This document shows positions 1 through 13,895 of a stretch of DNA of 64,000 bases, one piece after another. The notes under the pieces were generated by a model that saw nothing but the letters and a program-made list of their open reading frames with translations, was not told where the DNA came from and did not search any database. The DNA is from Strigamia acuminata (Eukaryota). Both the position numbers and the translations under genes were made by a program. The stretch covers positions 13,206,001 through 13,270,000 of the forward strand of contig OX442314.1 of NCBI GenBank assembly GCA_949358305.1, given 5' to 3'. The number at the start of each line of letters is the position of its first letter. Positions within the stretch are counted from its first letter, which is position 1.

Positions 1-904
1 GGAATAAATCGATTGATTGCGCCGTGTTCTTGTCTGCTGTGTTTTTGTTGTTGTTGTTGTTGTCATTTTAGCAACCAATATACGTCAAACTGAACATGTG
101 TGAGAGAGAACCAGGGTCGTCTTGCAAGAATTAATGAACGTTTGTTTTGGACATCGGGGTAGGATGCGGGTATGTTTATGTAAAGACAGATGTCTTTAAA
201 CATTTGTTCTGTAAATCACAAAATAAAATTGTCAAGTTAGAGTCATTTTCTTTATGGTATGTGTCCATTAAGGGAAATACGACTGGCAACTGTCGAAAGG
301 CCTTTGGAGATATATCGCGAATTTAAATCTCTTAGAAAAACACCAAAGTGATACGCATTTGAAATAGAAGTATAACGACATCAATTAAGCCTTTTTTTTG
401 TTTCTAAACGAAATTGAAAGCGCCTCACCTACGTTTATTGATTCAATCAAGTCACAATGTGCTTTGGACCAATGCCACGAGTTACCTGGTGCTATAAAAA
501 TAAATATACGAATGAACTAGTTTTCAAACCAGCACATAATAAAAAGAAAAATGTGTATATGGATGGATTGGGTTTAGATACTCAAGATTTGGTCGTCAAA
601 ACAGCAGGGTCAGTAAAAATTATCACTGCACCCTAAAAAAAAACCATCAAATGCAACGTAACTTTTTTATCTTTTTTTAATTTCTTTTAAAATTAGTTTT
701 GTTTATTTCTGATTGATTTAATTTAGATTTGAACACAATTCCGCCAGTTTTTTCGCTTATCAATTAATTGCCTTCGTTATTTCCCGCTATTTTATTTTTT
801 GGGGGTATTTGATTGTGTGAAGTACTAGTGTAATTACTTTGTTATTTTTATTCGCTTCTCTTTGTCCCACAGTATATTTTTTTTTGGTTGGCATCACACA
901 TGTA

Positions 905-1191
905 CCTAGTCTGTCCAGCACAACGGTGAAGCTGAAGGAACGGCCGTTTCTTTCCCGTCCTTTTCACGACTTTCATGGCACTTTTATAGGCTATCACAAA
1001 GCGTGGCGATGAGGTTGTGGATATTCTGTCCCATAAATGTCCACCAAAGAGGATAAAAAAAAAAGATTTTTCTTGGGTTTATAAATAAGATGCCCAGAGA
1101 GAACACTCCAATATTGTTCTTGTGAGACTTTAAAATTAATTCCGATTGAATTGTAGTATAATGTAGAAAAATTAATTTTTTGGGGGTTCAA
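905..1191 (-). mobile_element. Decayed hAT transposase C-terminal (dimerisation domain) fragment
   Basis: Minus-strand translation with stops/frameshift reads LNP...LIYKPKKNLF...WW/DIYGTEYPQ.HRHAL...GRERNGRSFSF...DRL. This resembles the hAT consensus WW..YG..YP.L...A....S.CERNWS.F.....RNRL. Confidence 0.55.
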
Positions 1192-1961
1192 AGTGGAGGA
1201 AAAATTGCGTTTTGTTCTCGTGTTCTCTTGTGGGGTGAGTTTCTTGAATGGCTTTAGTTATAGGATCTGCTGAATATCCAGAAAAAAAATAAAACAGTTT
1301 AGTCAGCAGGATTTTTTTTTTTTTTTTTTTTTTTTTACCTTTCTTTTGAGAATAGTCTTAGTTTTGGTTGGGGAGTTAGACACAATTCACGTTAATGGCA
1401 ATCGATTTTTAAGAAGAAGGATCCGTACGGTTGCATGTCGATTTTGCTTGCTTCCATTTCTCTCGGATGGCTCACAAGTGCTGCGACGCACAATCGTATC
1501 GTAAAGTTGAGACAGGATGAAGCAAAAAAATAAATCAAAATAAATACACATCAACATAATGACTATGTTTACATGCCAGGAAAATTTGCGGTGGTGAAAT
1601 ATGTCATCATAGGGCGAAACCAGTGTTTACGTAACATCAAATACACTGCTGGTTTGATAAGAAAATCAATCTCGGTCATTTTGATGCACGGTGGTTTATG
1701 TGATAAACATTTTAATCGCGTGTGTGAAAGTTTGAGATTGGCGGCAGACGCATTCCACGCCAGTCGCCAAACACACAAATATTTACTCGTAATTAGCCGA
1801 GAGAAAATTGTAAAATGAAGGTACAAGCGGCTGATTTGCCAGTGTTTATCGGGCTAATGTCAGTCACATCTAGGCTGACATGTGATGAGCATTCTTAAGT
1901 GCACTTGTGACTCCGGGAGGAAACAAACATTTTTTTGTCTGTTCTTTCTTTCCTTTGTATA

Positions 1962-2150
1962 GACGAGGAGGGAATGATTGATTTCCTGTATAAGCAGAGG
2001 GTCCAGTGTGTTGTGTTGTGGGAGAAACCAGGGTTTGCTGATGGATTGGGCGGGTCAGCAAGGCCAGTCATTTGTGGTGCAAGGCCCAGAGGGTAATCAT
2101 GGAGAAATGCCTCCGTCACTCGTGACAAGTGCTTTCCAAGGGCCCCACCT
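1962..2150 (+). mobile_element. Decayed Merlin/ISXO2-type transposase N-terminal fragment
   Basis: Frameshifted pieces DEEGMIDFLYKQ..C..CG...WC...SVTRDKCF/FQGPHL resemble the Merlin N-terminus DEE..I.FL...C..CG...WRC...SIR..T.FEGSHL. Confidence 0.35.
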
Positions 2151-3333
2151 TTTTCTGCTTTTGCTCGGTGCGATTCCGGAGGAAGACACTTAATATTGGC
2201 TCGGTCCAATTCAAATTGAATCTGTTTGGGAGATTTTTTTTTTTTTTTATTTTTTTTTATTTTGGTAAAAGTTGAAGAGAATTTTGGAGGAGGTCATTTG
2301 GCTATTTACCAAGCGTTGGTGATTTATGTGGGCTGATTATGCTAATTTGTCTCTCGTTCGTATGAAGTTTCATTTGTTGTGCAAATTGATTTTGCTTCAT
2401 TCCGTTCACGTCCACTAAATTTCTCGCGGGAAATGACGCGTTGAATGCTGACCAAGAGCGTCTTCTTTAAACGCTTTACAGTGCTCATTAAGCGACATAT
2501 TGTAAACGAATTTGGTCTCTCAATTACCTCCAAGTTGGTGCGAAATAAAACGTTAAGATTAGTTTAGTTTGGCGCCCCGACGCAATTTCGGTGCGGTTTG
2601 CTGGGCGTAGGCAAATTGCTAAAATGGTTTGACATGTTGAAAACGTATTTCTTGAGAGGTGACAACTGCACGCCCATTATTTTATCTCAAGTAGGAAACA
2701 TATTTCATCGTGACGTGCAAAATGATGCTTGCTTTTGAGTCAGCTATTTCTGATGACTTGCTTCGTCATCTCGTTCGTGTAATAAAATGTCGGACGAATT
2801 TTAGGTGTTTTAAGTTATGTTGTTCGTTATGGTGCGCTTCAGATTGGTACAATGTGAAGCGTCGTAAATCGTCTCGTATTGCGCACAATTGAATTGGGAT
2901 TGATTAACGTCTGCCACGAATGGAGATTTATTACATTCGACCGAGTTTTATTCATATTTAAGCTTATACGGTATTTGTATTTAGGTTTGTGAACTGGGTA
3001 AATGATGTTTTACGTTTGAAGCAACAAACGGGTTCTTTGGGGTTTTGTTTAAGTTTACTTAGTTTTACTTTCGGTCAGTGCACTCGCAATCCAGCAAATG
3101 CAATTGGCAGAGCTTTGTGTGTCGGATGGGCAAACCGTTAGAGCTGGACTGAACATTTTACAGGATCTCTTGGAGATTGAAATTTGCTGCGCGGAAATGA
3201 CTTTCTTTTAGCAGTTCAGGACAATTGGACACGATTTTCTTTTCCCGTCTTCTTCAACTTCACACTCATTAACTTTGACAAACTTTTTTCAATTTTTAAC
3301 AAATAAAAAATGAAAAAAATTAATTAATAAATA

Positions 3334-3480
3334 CTGTAAATGCTTTTATTGAGCGCTCTAAATTGAATTCAATATCTAAATTGAATAAAACGATTAAATT
3401 AAAAGTCCAAATTGAGCAAGAACACTAAAATTGACAAACCGATTGAATTCAATATCTCGGTTCTGTCAGAGCATTTACAG
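3334..3480. mobile_element. Tc1/mariner-type MITE
   Basis: TA|CTGTAAATGCT ... AGCATTTACAG|TA: perfect 11-bp TIR with TA flanks. Internal repeat ATTGAATTCAATATCT occurs twice. Confidence 0.7.
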
Positions 3481-6400
3481 TAAAGGTGGAGTGTCTCGCA
3501 CTCCATTCTTGACCATTGTTTTATATTGTGACGCTGTTACTACAGCGCCACCTATTTGTAATAAAAACACTCTTGTCACCCATCATCAACAATGACGATC
3601 GCACATTAATTCAATCTGTTTTACATCACGAAAACCATCAGTAAGAAACACTTGAAAAGGTATTTGAATATTTCGTAGAAGATTGTACAGTTTAGTTCTA
3701 AAATGACTTCAACATTTGTTTTGTTTTATAAATTCAATTTTTTTTTGGAGAAACGGTAGATCTTATAAAATAGCGTTTAGTTGCTTAGAAACTAGGCCTA
3801 AAAAAGCAATTTAAGCCTAATTTAGACCTCTTTTATTGCACTACAGCAGCAGGTTAGGGCAGCACTCTTGTTGAAATTGTTTTTATAAACCTGCTTTAAG
3901 ATGCTAATTGGCAATGCAGTTAAAACCAAAGAGCAAGGGACAGGCAATGACTGCTACAGTGGCATCTGAAACAATCTAATCTAAACGAACTGACTTTCAA
4001 ATTAACGGAATTTACAATTCCAATAGGCACATTTAAATGAGCACATTGTGACACTATAGAATTGCAATTTGGCAGAGGAAAGGGCGACATTTTCTCCAAC
4101 TGCAAAATCAGCTTTTCTTCATTTTACTTGGCGATAAATCACGCCATTCCACACTGATTTAAAAATTAATTCTTCCATTATTAACATCGCTTTAAAGGAA
4201 TGATTGCACAATGAAGAAACCTGCTGCACGTGAATTTCTTTCATCTAATTTATTTATTTTATTTTATTTGTTTCGCAAAATGACGAGCAATTCAGCGAAG
4301 TTCTAACTTTAAACAATACTTTTTATTTGTATTGCACATTTCCTTTAATTGAATTTTGAAAGGAGGGATGCTGGGTTGGGGGCGCGGGGAGAGGGATCCC
4401 CGCTCTCAGGTATAGTACTTTGTACAATTGAATTATCAATCTCTAAACATTTCATATTGCTTGATTCAAAACATGCCCTTCTTCATGAAATTTAATGGAA
4501 ATTTTCGCGAGGCGTTGTGCTTACACACACAAACAAGCGCCGAATTGGCTCGCTGCCTATTTTCAACCCGTTGAAATCGAACAGGACCAACAAAATGCTT
4601 GTTTAAGAAAATTTTGCAGCTCCTGACCACTGCAACAGCACTGATAAAGCTGATTAATCACCGCCTCTACATGTTTGGACACGAAGGCTGCAGCGGCCAT
4701 TTTGAAAGTTGATGACATTAGAAAGGAAGTGAATTTAATTTAATTTCTTGAGCTTGTAATTGCGATGGGAAACCACGCTCGAAATTAATACTGAAAACGT
4801 ACTTTGTTAATTAGTTCTGTTACATTGAAGCCGTATTATGTTGAAAATTTATAATTTTAAAAATAGAAGAAATTTTAATTTTGATATTTTGATATATTGA
4901 TTGTTTTTGAAGACTGATAAAGAGGGAAGGAAATTATATCAGATACGAGTATAGTAATTTCATGGGGAGATTATATCAAGTCGGGTTTAGTCTGTCGCTG
5001 CGGTTGACTGAGTCGGTAGGACGAGTTGTCGTCCAAGCGTTTATTTCTCATAAAGTGACATCTATCAGAGCGTCAACATTGCTGACTTGGCATGTCGAAT
5101 ACTCTTCACTCGAGCGGTTAAAAGGAGAAGGATGTTGGGTAAAGATTGTGTACTTTGAGTTGGAGCTAAGAAAGCTTGCCATGATTTTTTTTTAAAGAGA
5201 TGTGTGTTGGGTATTGCCAGCTTTGAGGTTGTCGGAGCAACATGGCGATTTAATTTCGGTTTTGAGTAAAAGAAATTGAGGATATGTGACAAGTGGTTTT
5301 ATTTTTATTTTTTTTTTAATTTTAATTTATTTTTATCTTTGTTAATTGTAATTTTTGATTTTTTTTTGCATTTCATTCGTTAGAAATTTCGGAAAACATT
5401 AAAGGGATATTCTTTTATCTTTATCTTTTTTGTTTTCAAACCTCAAGGCTTCAGTTTCCGCCAATAAGATCATCGTATAGTTGCTGTCATTGATTTTTGA
5501 GATCAGTTTGCTATATGGCATCTCCGCCTTGGTCGACGTTATTATCGGGAACATCTGATCGTTTCTATGGCGACGTGAAGATGCACTATTTTCTCATTAA
5601 GGCTTGCCAGGTGGATAAGACAATGTTCAATTTTTTTACATTTTTCATGATTTTTATTTTTTAAAAAGAGAGAGAAGCTTTAAAAAATTAAATACATAAA
5701 TAAAAGCAAATTGCATCAAGTGATGGCAACAACGATACAATCAAAAACAATTTGGGCCGAAGGAACCCTCTAATTGTGACCATTTATCTGTGCTAGCACT
5801 CCACACATGCGCAACAATGGTGTTTTTAACAGAAAATCGCTTGAGCGTGAATTGTGCGCGCTCGTTTAAGGGGCAGGTCCCTTTGTTGGGATCAATATGT
5901 ACATGAAACACGACTGACCACGGTTTTGGTTGTCAATAGCCCTAGAAAACACAAACAAACAGTCGGACAAATATCCCAAGATGAGCGAATAAACAAACTA
6001 AAATTATTATTATTATTACTGCATCAAATCATTCGTTTTCCCCATCAACTAACAACAGTGTAACACACACCCACACACAGGAAGTGAAGCTTGAAGAAAA
6101 GGTTTTTACGCGTGCGCGGTGATACGGGATTGGGCGAGTGTTTCCTATCGACGAGACGCAGACGTACACCTGAAAGTTTCATTTTTGGTAAATATTTTTT
6201 GGGGAGGATAAGGTGAATTGGATGCAGTGAGCCGTAGGATGTGTGCACTATTCCGTTTCATTCTCAAATCATGCTGTGTGTGGGCGAACGGGATGATGGA
6301 ATCTTTTGCTCGAGTGCCAATGTGCAACGTCTCCGTTGCCAATAGGCATTCGGTGTGTGATAAAGTTATAACTCTTAGAGAGAGGAAAATAAACTGCTGT

Positions 6401-6970
6401 CACGGTGCAATTTCCTCAAACTGGACAGTCCTTCATGCAGGATGTGCCTGCTTTCGAGATAAAAAGAGGAAATAGGTCTTCGTTTTAAGATTGTGACTGC
6501 AGTTGAATGTAAAATTTGATAAACGGGCCGAGGAAATCGGACTGAACGGATGGCAGTTTGAATTTTAAAACTTAACGTCGATAAAGATTTTTTCTTGCGA
6601 GTCGGTTTCCTAAGATTCTAACTACTGCTCGATGTGATTTAGTTCCCACATGAATCAAGACTGGACAAAGGGATTTGGGGGAGAGACTGAGAATGAAAGG
6701 AAAGAGTAAGAGAGGAATCGTTTTTTGGTTGAGATTTTTCGAATTTTAAATGGACCTTGAATTGTACTCGCTTTTTTTTACTCACTCGAGTATAATTTCT
6801 AAATGTCTACGAAGCAGGAAGTTGGGAATAAATTTATAACATTAATAAAAGCATCGCAAGTTTTGTAGGATGAAAAATGAAATAGTTGTGTTTAAAAGTC
6901 CAGTTTAGGACCAAGCAAAGTTTAACTTTTGACAGCTGCAATAAGTGATACGGGCAAATAAGCATCTATT

Positions 6971-7130
6971 CAGGGCCGGATTTACGTATACAAGAAAATT
7001 AATCGATATATTCTCATTTTTATGTGGACAAAAAATTGATTAATTTCTAATTTTTATGTATAAAAATCGAAAAACTTACATTTTTTAGTTAAAAAATCGA
7101 TAACTTCGCATTTTTATGTTTAAAAAAATG
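6971..7130. mobile_element. Truncated non-autonomous hAT end followed by a ~30-bp degenerate tandem repeat
   Basis: Starts CAGGGCCGGATTTA, the same terminus as the elements at 18920-19271 and 41442-41776. Followed by about 4 degenerate copies of AAAAATCGATAACTTCGCATTTTTATGT. Confidence 0.45.
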
Positions 7131-10100
7131 CCATTCAATATGCTTTATAAATGTCATTATCGCAGCGACCTTTAACGGAAGAAACCGGTACCAATATCCA
7201 ACTAAAGACGGTATTCGGTATTTTCTTAAAAATACCGGTTTTTGATACCGGTAAATACTGGTAGAGAAACTCTACCTGGGACGCTTCATACGTACGATGA
7301 GCGGGTATAACTATTACCATAGGAACATTAGAAATTAAAATATCGAAAATTCACACTAGTGTCGTGAAAGACACCAGGTGGCAAGTGACCTTAAAACAAC
7401 AACGACATCTTAAATTCAATATCCAATAGCATTTGTTGAATGTTTACTTCGGCGAATGTATCATGCATGGTTTGGAGGAATTACCATGATCTTTGAAGCA
7501 ATTTCAAAAGGAAACATTCGCGGGATTAGCGCCTTTATCGCTATTTCTTACTTCTTACTGCTTTCAGCCTTTCAGCCTTTCACCAATGGTTAAAGCGCAA
7601 ATAATGCAAAGTGCAAAGTTCAAAAATGCGAAATTCACATGACATTTAGTGAATATTCTTTCCTGCCACTTTTCGGTCGAGAATATAAGATGAGGAAACT
7701 CATTTTTCAAACATCCATCCATCCACCAATCGTCCCTTAATGCGATAGCTTAAAGCACTTCCTGGTTTTTGTACCGGGCTTTAATCAAGCGGTGATTGCA
7801 TTTACCGAGCAAGAGGGCGGGCGAGGAGAGAAAAGAGAAGGTTGAGCTCCTCGCGTGAAAATTCGCTGCTCTACACTCGGTCTTGAATGAGCCTATTGAA
7901 TGCGGTATATAGAAAGGGAGGAACGGTGTGGTGTGGTGGAGATATGGGGGATTCGGAAACTAAAATCGATTTGGCAAATGGTTCGCTAAGGACATTTCTC
8001 ATTGGTTTGCTGATAACGGGCAACGGACTTTTGCTTATTGTTTTCGTATATACAGGCGCTGCTGGCTCCGCGTTTTATTTATCGTCTGGATTTTCAAGAG
8101 GATGTTTTATCGCTCGGTGAGAGAAGAGGAAAGTTTATCCTGCCTTCATCATCCGACATTTTGAACCGCGAGAACTGTAGAGTGTATTGTATAAGTATGT
8201 GAGCAACCGGCGCAACCGGCGCAACCAGCGACTTGTTTGTATTGAGTTGCACTTGCTGCTGTTTGCAACTCGGAATTTTCTTGATTGAAAATCGATTTTT
8301 CACATGTGCTAATTTCCGCTTTTCTCTCTCCCTCCCTCTCTCTCTCTCTCTTGCACCAATTTATTCTGGACAATTAAGGCCAATTCGAGTGGTCAAACTA
8401 ATTTCTTAATTCCCTTGTTTCGTATTCTTGTATTGTTAAATTTAAAAGAGTTGTGTTTGGAATTTCGAGTGGACAGTGTGTCTAATTTTTTAATTGGGTA
8501 AATAATTAGTATAGTGAAGCGTTTGTGTGCATCTTTCGAGGTGTTACTCACCGAACTAATAAATGCCATGTTTTGGGGCCGGTTGAGCCCATGTCTTTCC
8601 CTTGTCCCGTATGTTTTATTCATGAATTTACCTTCGTCTTTTATTCAACGTTTCGCAGTGTAAGCAATAAGTAAGGTTAAGACGTTATGGAATTGGGTTT
8701 ATGGGGGAGTCGGGGATGCTCGTAGATCGATTTGGCATAATTTTATAAGAATTTAATAAATAAATAAAGCAAGAATTTATATCTAGTTTTAGTTTTTAAA
8801 TTTCCTCCATTACGTGCAAGGGCGAAAGTTTTCAATTTTGAACTCTTTTGAGACATGATTTGGAATTTCAATTGATTTTACTGGCAACATTTGCCAGGAG
8901 GATTTCAAAACATGCTAATGCAATTAAGTAAGATTATGGCGCTCTTTCTAATCCACATGAAATTATGTGTTTATGTTTGTAATATGTATGTTATTGTAGT
9001 GAAGCCTACTTTTCGTTCGAGTGTTTTGCGGCTATTTCAACAACTAAATGCATAGGAAGAGATTTATTACGAGAATCTTGTGTATCAGCTAGCCTGACAT
9101 TTGAATCTAGTTTTGAATATTGGTGTGAACGCATGAATTCCAAAATTATCTATCGTACTGCTTCGTATTAACGCCGGGTTCTGGAGTGTTTGAACTCCAT
9201 AGAAAATTACCCATTTATTTGTGACGCACCAACGTCACCCCCCATTGTAAAAGTAGATGTAATAAAAGACACTCATGTTTTGACCCTCACCCAAGATGGC
9301 TCGTCACTGGCTTCTCTCCTTCGGGACTCGTTTAAGCGCGGGCAAACAGCGGCACATTATTCAATATGCGCCAACCCCGATTAAGCGCCAGGGTCCCCAA
9401 ATTGTGAACGCATTAGCCTAATCATTTTGTAGTCAAAATTAACTTAATGTAGGTTAGTTTAGATTCGGGCTTCATTTGGTGCAAACAAGATACAGTAAGT
9501 CCCCTTCATACAAACGAGTTTCGTATTCGCAAGTCAAATTGTTTGTAAATCCGGCAAAGGTCCTAATTACAGAAAACATTTTGAATCTTATATTTTTTTA
9601 TTAGAAATTAATAAAGGTACATATTAAACAAAATTTTTAATCTTATTTTGAAAAGTACAACAGCTTGCGTGCAGTGCTAGACATGCAAACTAACTTATGC
9701 GCTGCTGCAACATTCGAAGTTCTTATCTCGAATGTTGCTATGTAAGATTGGAGGGTCGGCTCAAATGCTACCAGTTGAGTTTTGGACACGACAATCTGTT
9801 GCTAAATCTTGTGTTGCGTTAATTCTGTATTGAATGTTCTGCTTTTGTCATTGGAACATTTAAAAATGACAATTTAAAAACAAAGAAGGAAATATGTTTG
9901 TATTGTTATCATTTGGGGACAAAGCTTGTTGTGGATTAATCGATTTAAAACAAAAGCCATTAGGTGCTTAGATAACATTATAATTGATACCGACACTATA
10001 TGATTCCATTTTGATAACGTGGCTAATAAGTGCCAGCATGTGCCAATGACATTTAATCTGCCCGTTTTAATCATGAGAGTAGAATAACTATCCTCATCCA

Positions 10101-11993
10101 GCATTTGATTCACCAATCAAGTACAATGCAACGGATAATCGAATTTTTTCTCAAGTCTCGCGCACTGCACTCTTCTTCTCCTCTCCAGGCAATTTTGTTG
10201 GTTTAATTTCGCTGCAGGTGTATTAGAGGATTGCATGTCGGGAGATAACCTCTTCTCTCCAAGCCCAAAGAGCTTGAGTGCAGCTTCAATGCCTTTGATG
10301 AGGATTTGTTGCTACGGGCAACCGATTCCAGCTCTCGATTGTCAATCAAACGAACCTTAGTTGAGATCGAGCTCTGTCCTGCAGCTATTCCAACCATTTG
10401 CTGTCAAATGGGCAAAATGAACACACTGGCCTAGCCAAGTAATTACTGACTTTCTCTTCACTTACTTACTTGGCTTGGCAGTTTGCTGCCAAGTGCCAAG
10501 CCGGTTTAACATTGCACACATCCAATGCCAATCAAATGCTATCAGATAACGCCAACATGATCGATGTTTATTAAATGAAATATGATGAATAAGTAATTAG
10601 AAAAGTTGTTGTTATATCTGTATTGAGATGTGATTTATTTAATGAGGTGGAACAAATTAATTAACTAATTAGAAGCGAGCGGGAAATTGTTGCTGCTTTG
10701 TCCACGCCCATCTTTAACGTTGTGAATTGTAGGCTTGTACTTGTTATCTTGTGCGCAGATGGATTTTGCGCTTTTGCGCCGCGAGTTTTTCTTCGCCAAC
10801 TTAAACAGCCGTTGAGAGGAAAGTCATCTCGTAAATTACACTGCCATACTTTTTCTAATTGCAACTGTTGACGTTTTTCTTCTCAAACTAACTAATGTGA
10901 TCTGATTTCAAGACAAAAGGGTATTAAATCTTATTACAATGAATTTTTAAAATTGACTTGGTTGGTGGGCCATAGAACACCATGTTAAAAAATTGGGATA
11001 TTTTAAAAACGCTGTAAAATAGTTTTTGTCATGTGTAAGAAAATGTAATGGGCATTTTGCTGCTTTGTTTAGCACCTGGTGAGGTAGGTGTGGTTGGATG
11101 TTTAAATGGGCGTGCAAAATGTTGTTTTTTTTGTATATATTTACGGTATATGTAATGCTTTTAGTTGATTCTGAGTGAAAAGGAATCCCAAGCTGAGATT
11201 GTAATCAATGGGCCTTGAGTACAAATTGAATTAGCTGTGCTATGCTCATATTTCAGTGGAGGGTAAGATATTGACATAACAGCTTCAGGGAATAATTAAT
11301 GACAATTAGCACTGAGATAAAAGCCAAACAGATTCTGGGATTGGATAAAAAGTTATCACGTCTTTCCTTGAGATAAAATGAGTCTTGACTGTCCATCTTT
11401 ATCTTTGTCATTATGTGTTGGCAGTAACAGGAAACTGGGAAGTGGTCTTAACGAATTTTAAATGATTTGTTTTGTTTGCATAAAGTTGGAACCAAGATAA
11501 GCGCAAATTAGCAAGCACAAAGCTAAAACTTTTGCTGCAACTGCAACTCATTATGCTTTTCATTGGGCAGTTATTTGCTTGTTTGCATTGCAATATGCCA
11601 GAAGAAATAAAATAAAATTTGTGTTTCAAGTGCTAACAAATAAATACCGGTATATTTCTCTTTTATTTACTTTGCTCATTGCACCAATGCTTTGTCTGGG
11701 TAAAGTCAACACATATAAATGTGTAGTCATTTAATACTTTGTTGGATTGCTGGATTGTTTTATGTAGTCAATTTGTCATGAGTCACTGGTAGAGTTCAAT
11801 GCAATATCTCACAAATAGCTTTAACAACTGTGGCATTTTATAGTGACATACAATATCCCATTTCGTGTGCAGCAAGGATTAAAACTATAAGATTTTCGAG
11901 ACATTTTATGAACTGATGGAAGTAATTTTAAAAAATGGGTTTATTAGAATCCATATTAACGATTTTATTTTTATTTGGTGTTATTTGTAGATA

Positions 11994-12162
11994 CAGTCGA
12001 ATCGCAAGGGACCCGAAAAATCGATTCGTTATAACGATAATTCGTTATATCGAAATTTTTTAACATGGTGTTCTATGGCCAGCCAACCAAACCAGCCATT
12101 TTTATGTATTCGTTAAATCGATAATTCGTTATATCGCGATTTGTTATAAAGAGTTTCGACTG
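11994..12162. mobile_element. pogo/Tigger-type (Tc1/mariner) MITE inserted in the BEL fossil
   Basis: TA|CAGTCGAA ... TTCGACTG|TA. Internal repeat CGATAATTCGTTATATCG occurs twice. Confidence 0.75.
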
Positions 12163-13454
12163 TATAACATTTACCGGTATGCCTTTAGGACGACTTTATC
12201 GACAACTTTAACTGACAACGTATACAGGATCATGTTTTCTTTTGAATACATTGGATTGTCAATACTTGGATGGATGGCTGCTGTCTGATTAGATGTGCAA
12301 GAACATGTCACTAATCTGTGGTTTCCTCAGTTCTTGGTGAAAATGCATGTTTGGTTCTCCGAGGAAGGCTCAATACCCCTACACAGCTAGACATCAGTCT
12401 CTTGAGTCGTCCAGTTGGTCTAATCCAATCGTTTTACAATTCGCAGGCAATTATCGAGTACACCTGACATGGTTTACATGTTTACATGAAGATGCCATTG
12501 GGTTTTCTTTTAGGGGTGTGGTGGATGCACAACTTCAAAACAGAATATTTGTTTTTCTAATCCCCAGGAGTGGAAAGAGTGGAAGAGCTCAGCAGAATAT
12601 GAAATAGTATTCACAATTAATAATTATGCATTTTGTACATAGCAAGTCCTAAGGAAGGATTTTCTTTTGTTTCGATGAGACAATCGCATGGATAAGATTT
12701 TTTTTTATTGATTATTTTTTTTAAAAAAAATATTTTAAATTCTTGAAATGTAAATGGAGTTGTCAGATTTCAATCTAACAGTAAACAATCTCGTGCTGAA
12801 GTGCGCTCTTGTTTGCTCTTGGTCTCAAGATTCATCCACGAGTAATCAATACACCGATTTTGGGAAATGTTTATGCTTTTAATCAGAGGTCGTATGAAGT
12901 AATAAACATACTCACAGCCCTAAGCAACGTGTCATTTCGGTTAGATTGAGCTCGAAGTTCCAAATTGGGTGAAGCATCCTTGGAAAGAGTAGGAAATAAA
13001 TTGCTAATACAAGTTGGGTAACGATTTCAATCACAGATATGCAGGAGACTTTGATAGAAATGTGTTGATCTAATTAGGAAGCCCATAATTTGATAAAGTT
13101 AGAGGTCACATGGCTAAAAATTAGATTAGAATCTCAGGCTGGAGAAAGCATTTGGAATAATAAATGAGAAATACGAGACAAGAAAACGATCTGGACATCT
13201 AAACAAGAGGGAAGTGACAGGCAGCTGAACCAGTTAACAAAGTCAAGGAGATTATTGAATGTGAAAAGGAAAAACGGGAACGAACAGCATTAACTGGATC
13301 AAAATTCAAGGCGATTGGTGGGGAAATCTGAAGACCGTGAAGTCTTTTCTAATTTTGAAAAATTGAATGTATTTTTGCTTTGAAGGCACATGGGGGTGAT
13401 GCACTTTATAAACAGCGGCGAGGGAAAGAGGGCATTTTTCAAGATAATTTGGTG

Positions 13455-13895
13455 GGAAATTTTTCAAATTTTTTAAAATATTTTTGAAAAATTTTAAATT
13501 TGTCAAAATATTTTTTTAAAATTCTTAAATTTGTCAAAATATTTTTATAGAAGTTTTAAATTTGTCAAAATATTATTTTAAAATTCTAAATTTTTTCAAA
13601 ATATTATTTTAAAATTCTAAATTTTTTTAAAATATACTTTTAAAATTTTTATATTTGTCAAAATATTTTTTTTTTTTAAATTCTCAAATTATTCAAATAA
13701 ATCTCAAAGTTGTAAAAAAAAATTTTAAATTTGTCAAGAATTTCGCAAACTTTTCAAAAATTTTGCATAAATTTTTCAAAAATTTCGCACATTTTTCAAA
13801 AATTTCGCACATTTTTCAAACATTTCGCACATTTTTCAAACATTTCGCACATTTTTCAAAAATTTCGCACATCTTTTCAACATTTCGTACATATT
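13455..13895. repeat. Compound minisatellite: ~30-bp units, then 20-bp units
   Basis: About 7 degenerate copies of AAAATTTTAAATTTGTCAAAATATTTTTTT (13455-13735), then about 8 copies of AATTTCGCACATTTTTCAAA (13739-13895). Confidence 0.9.
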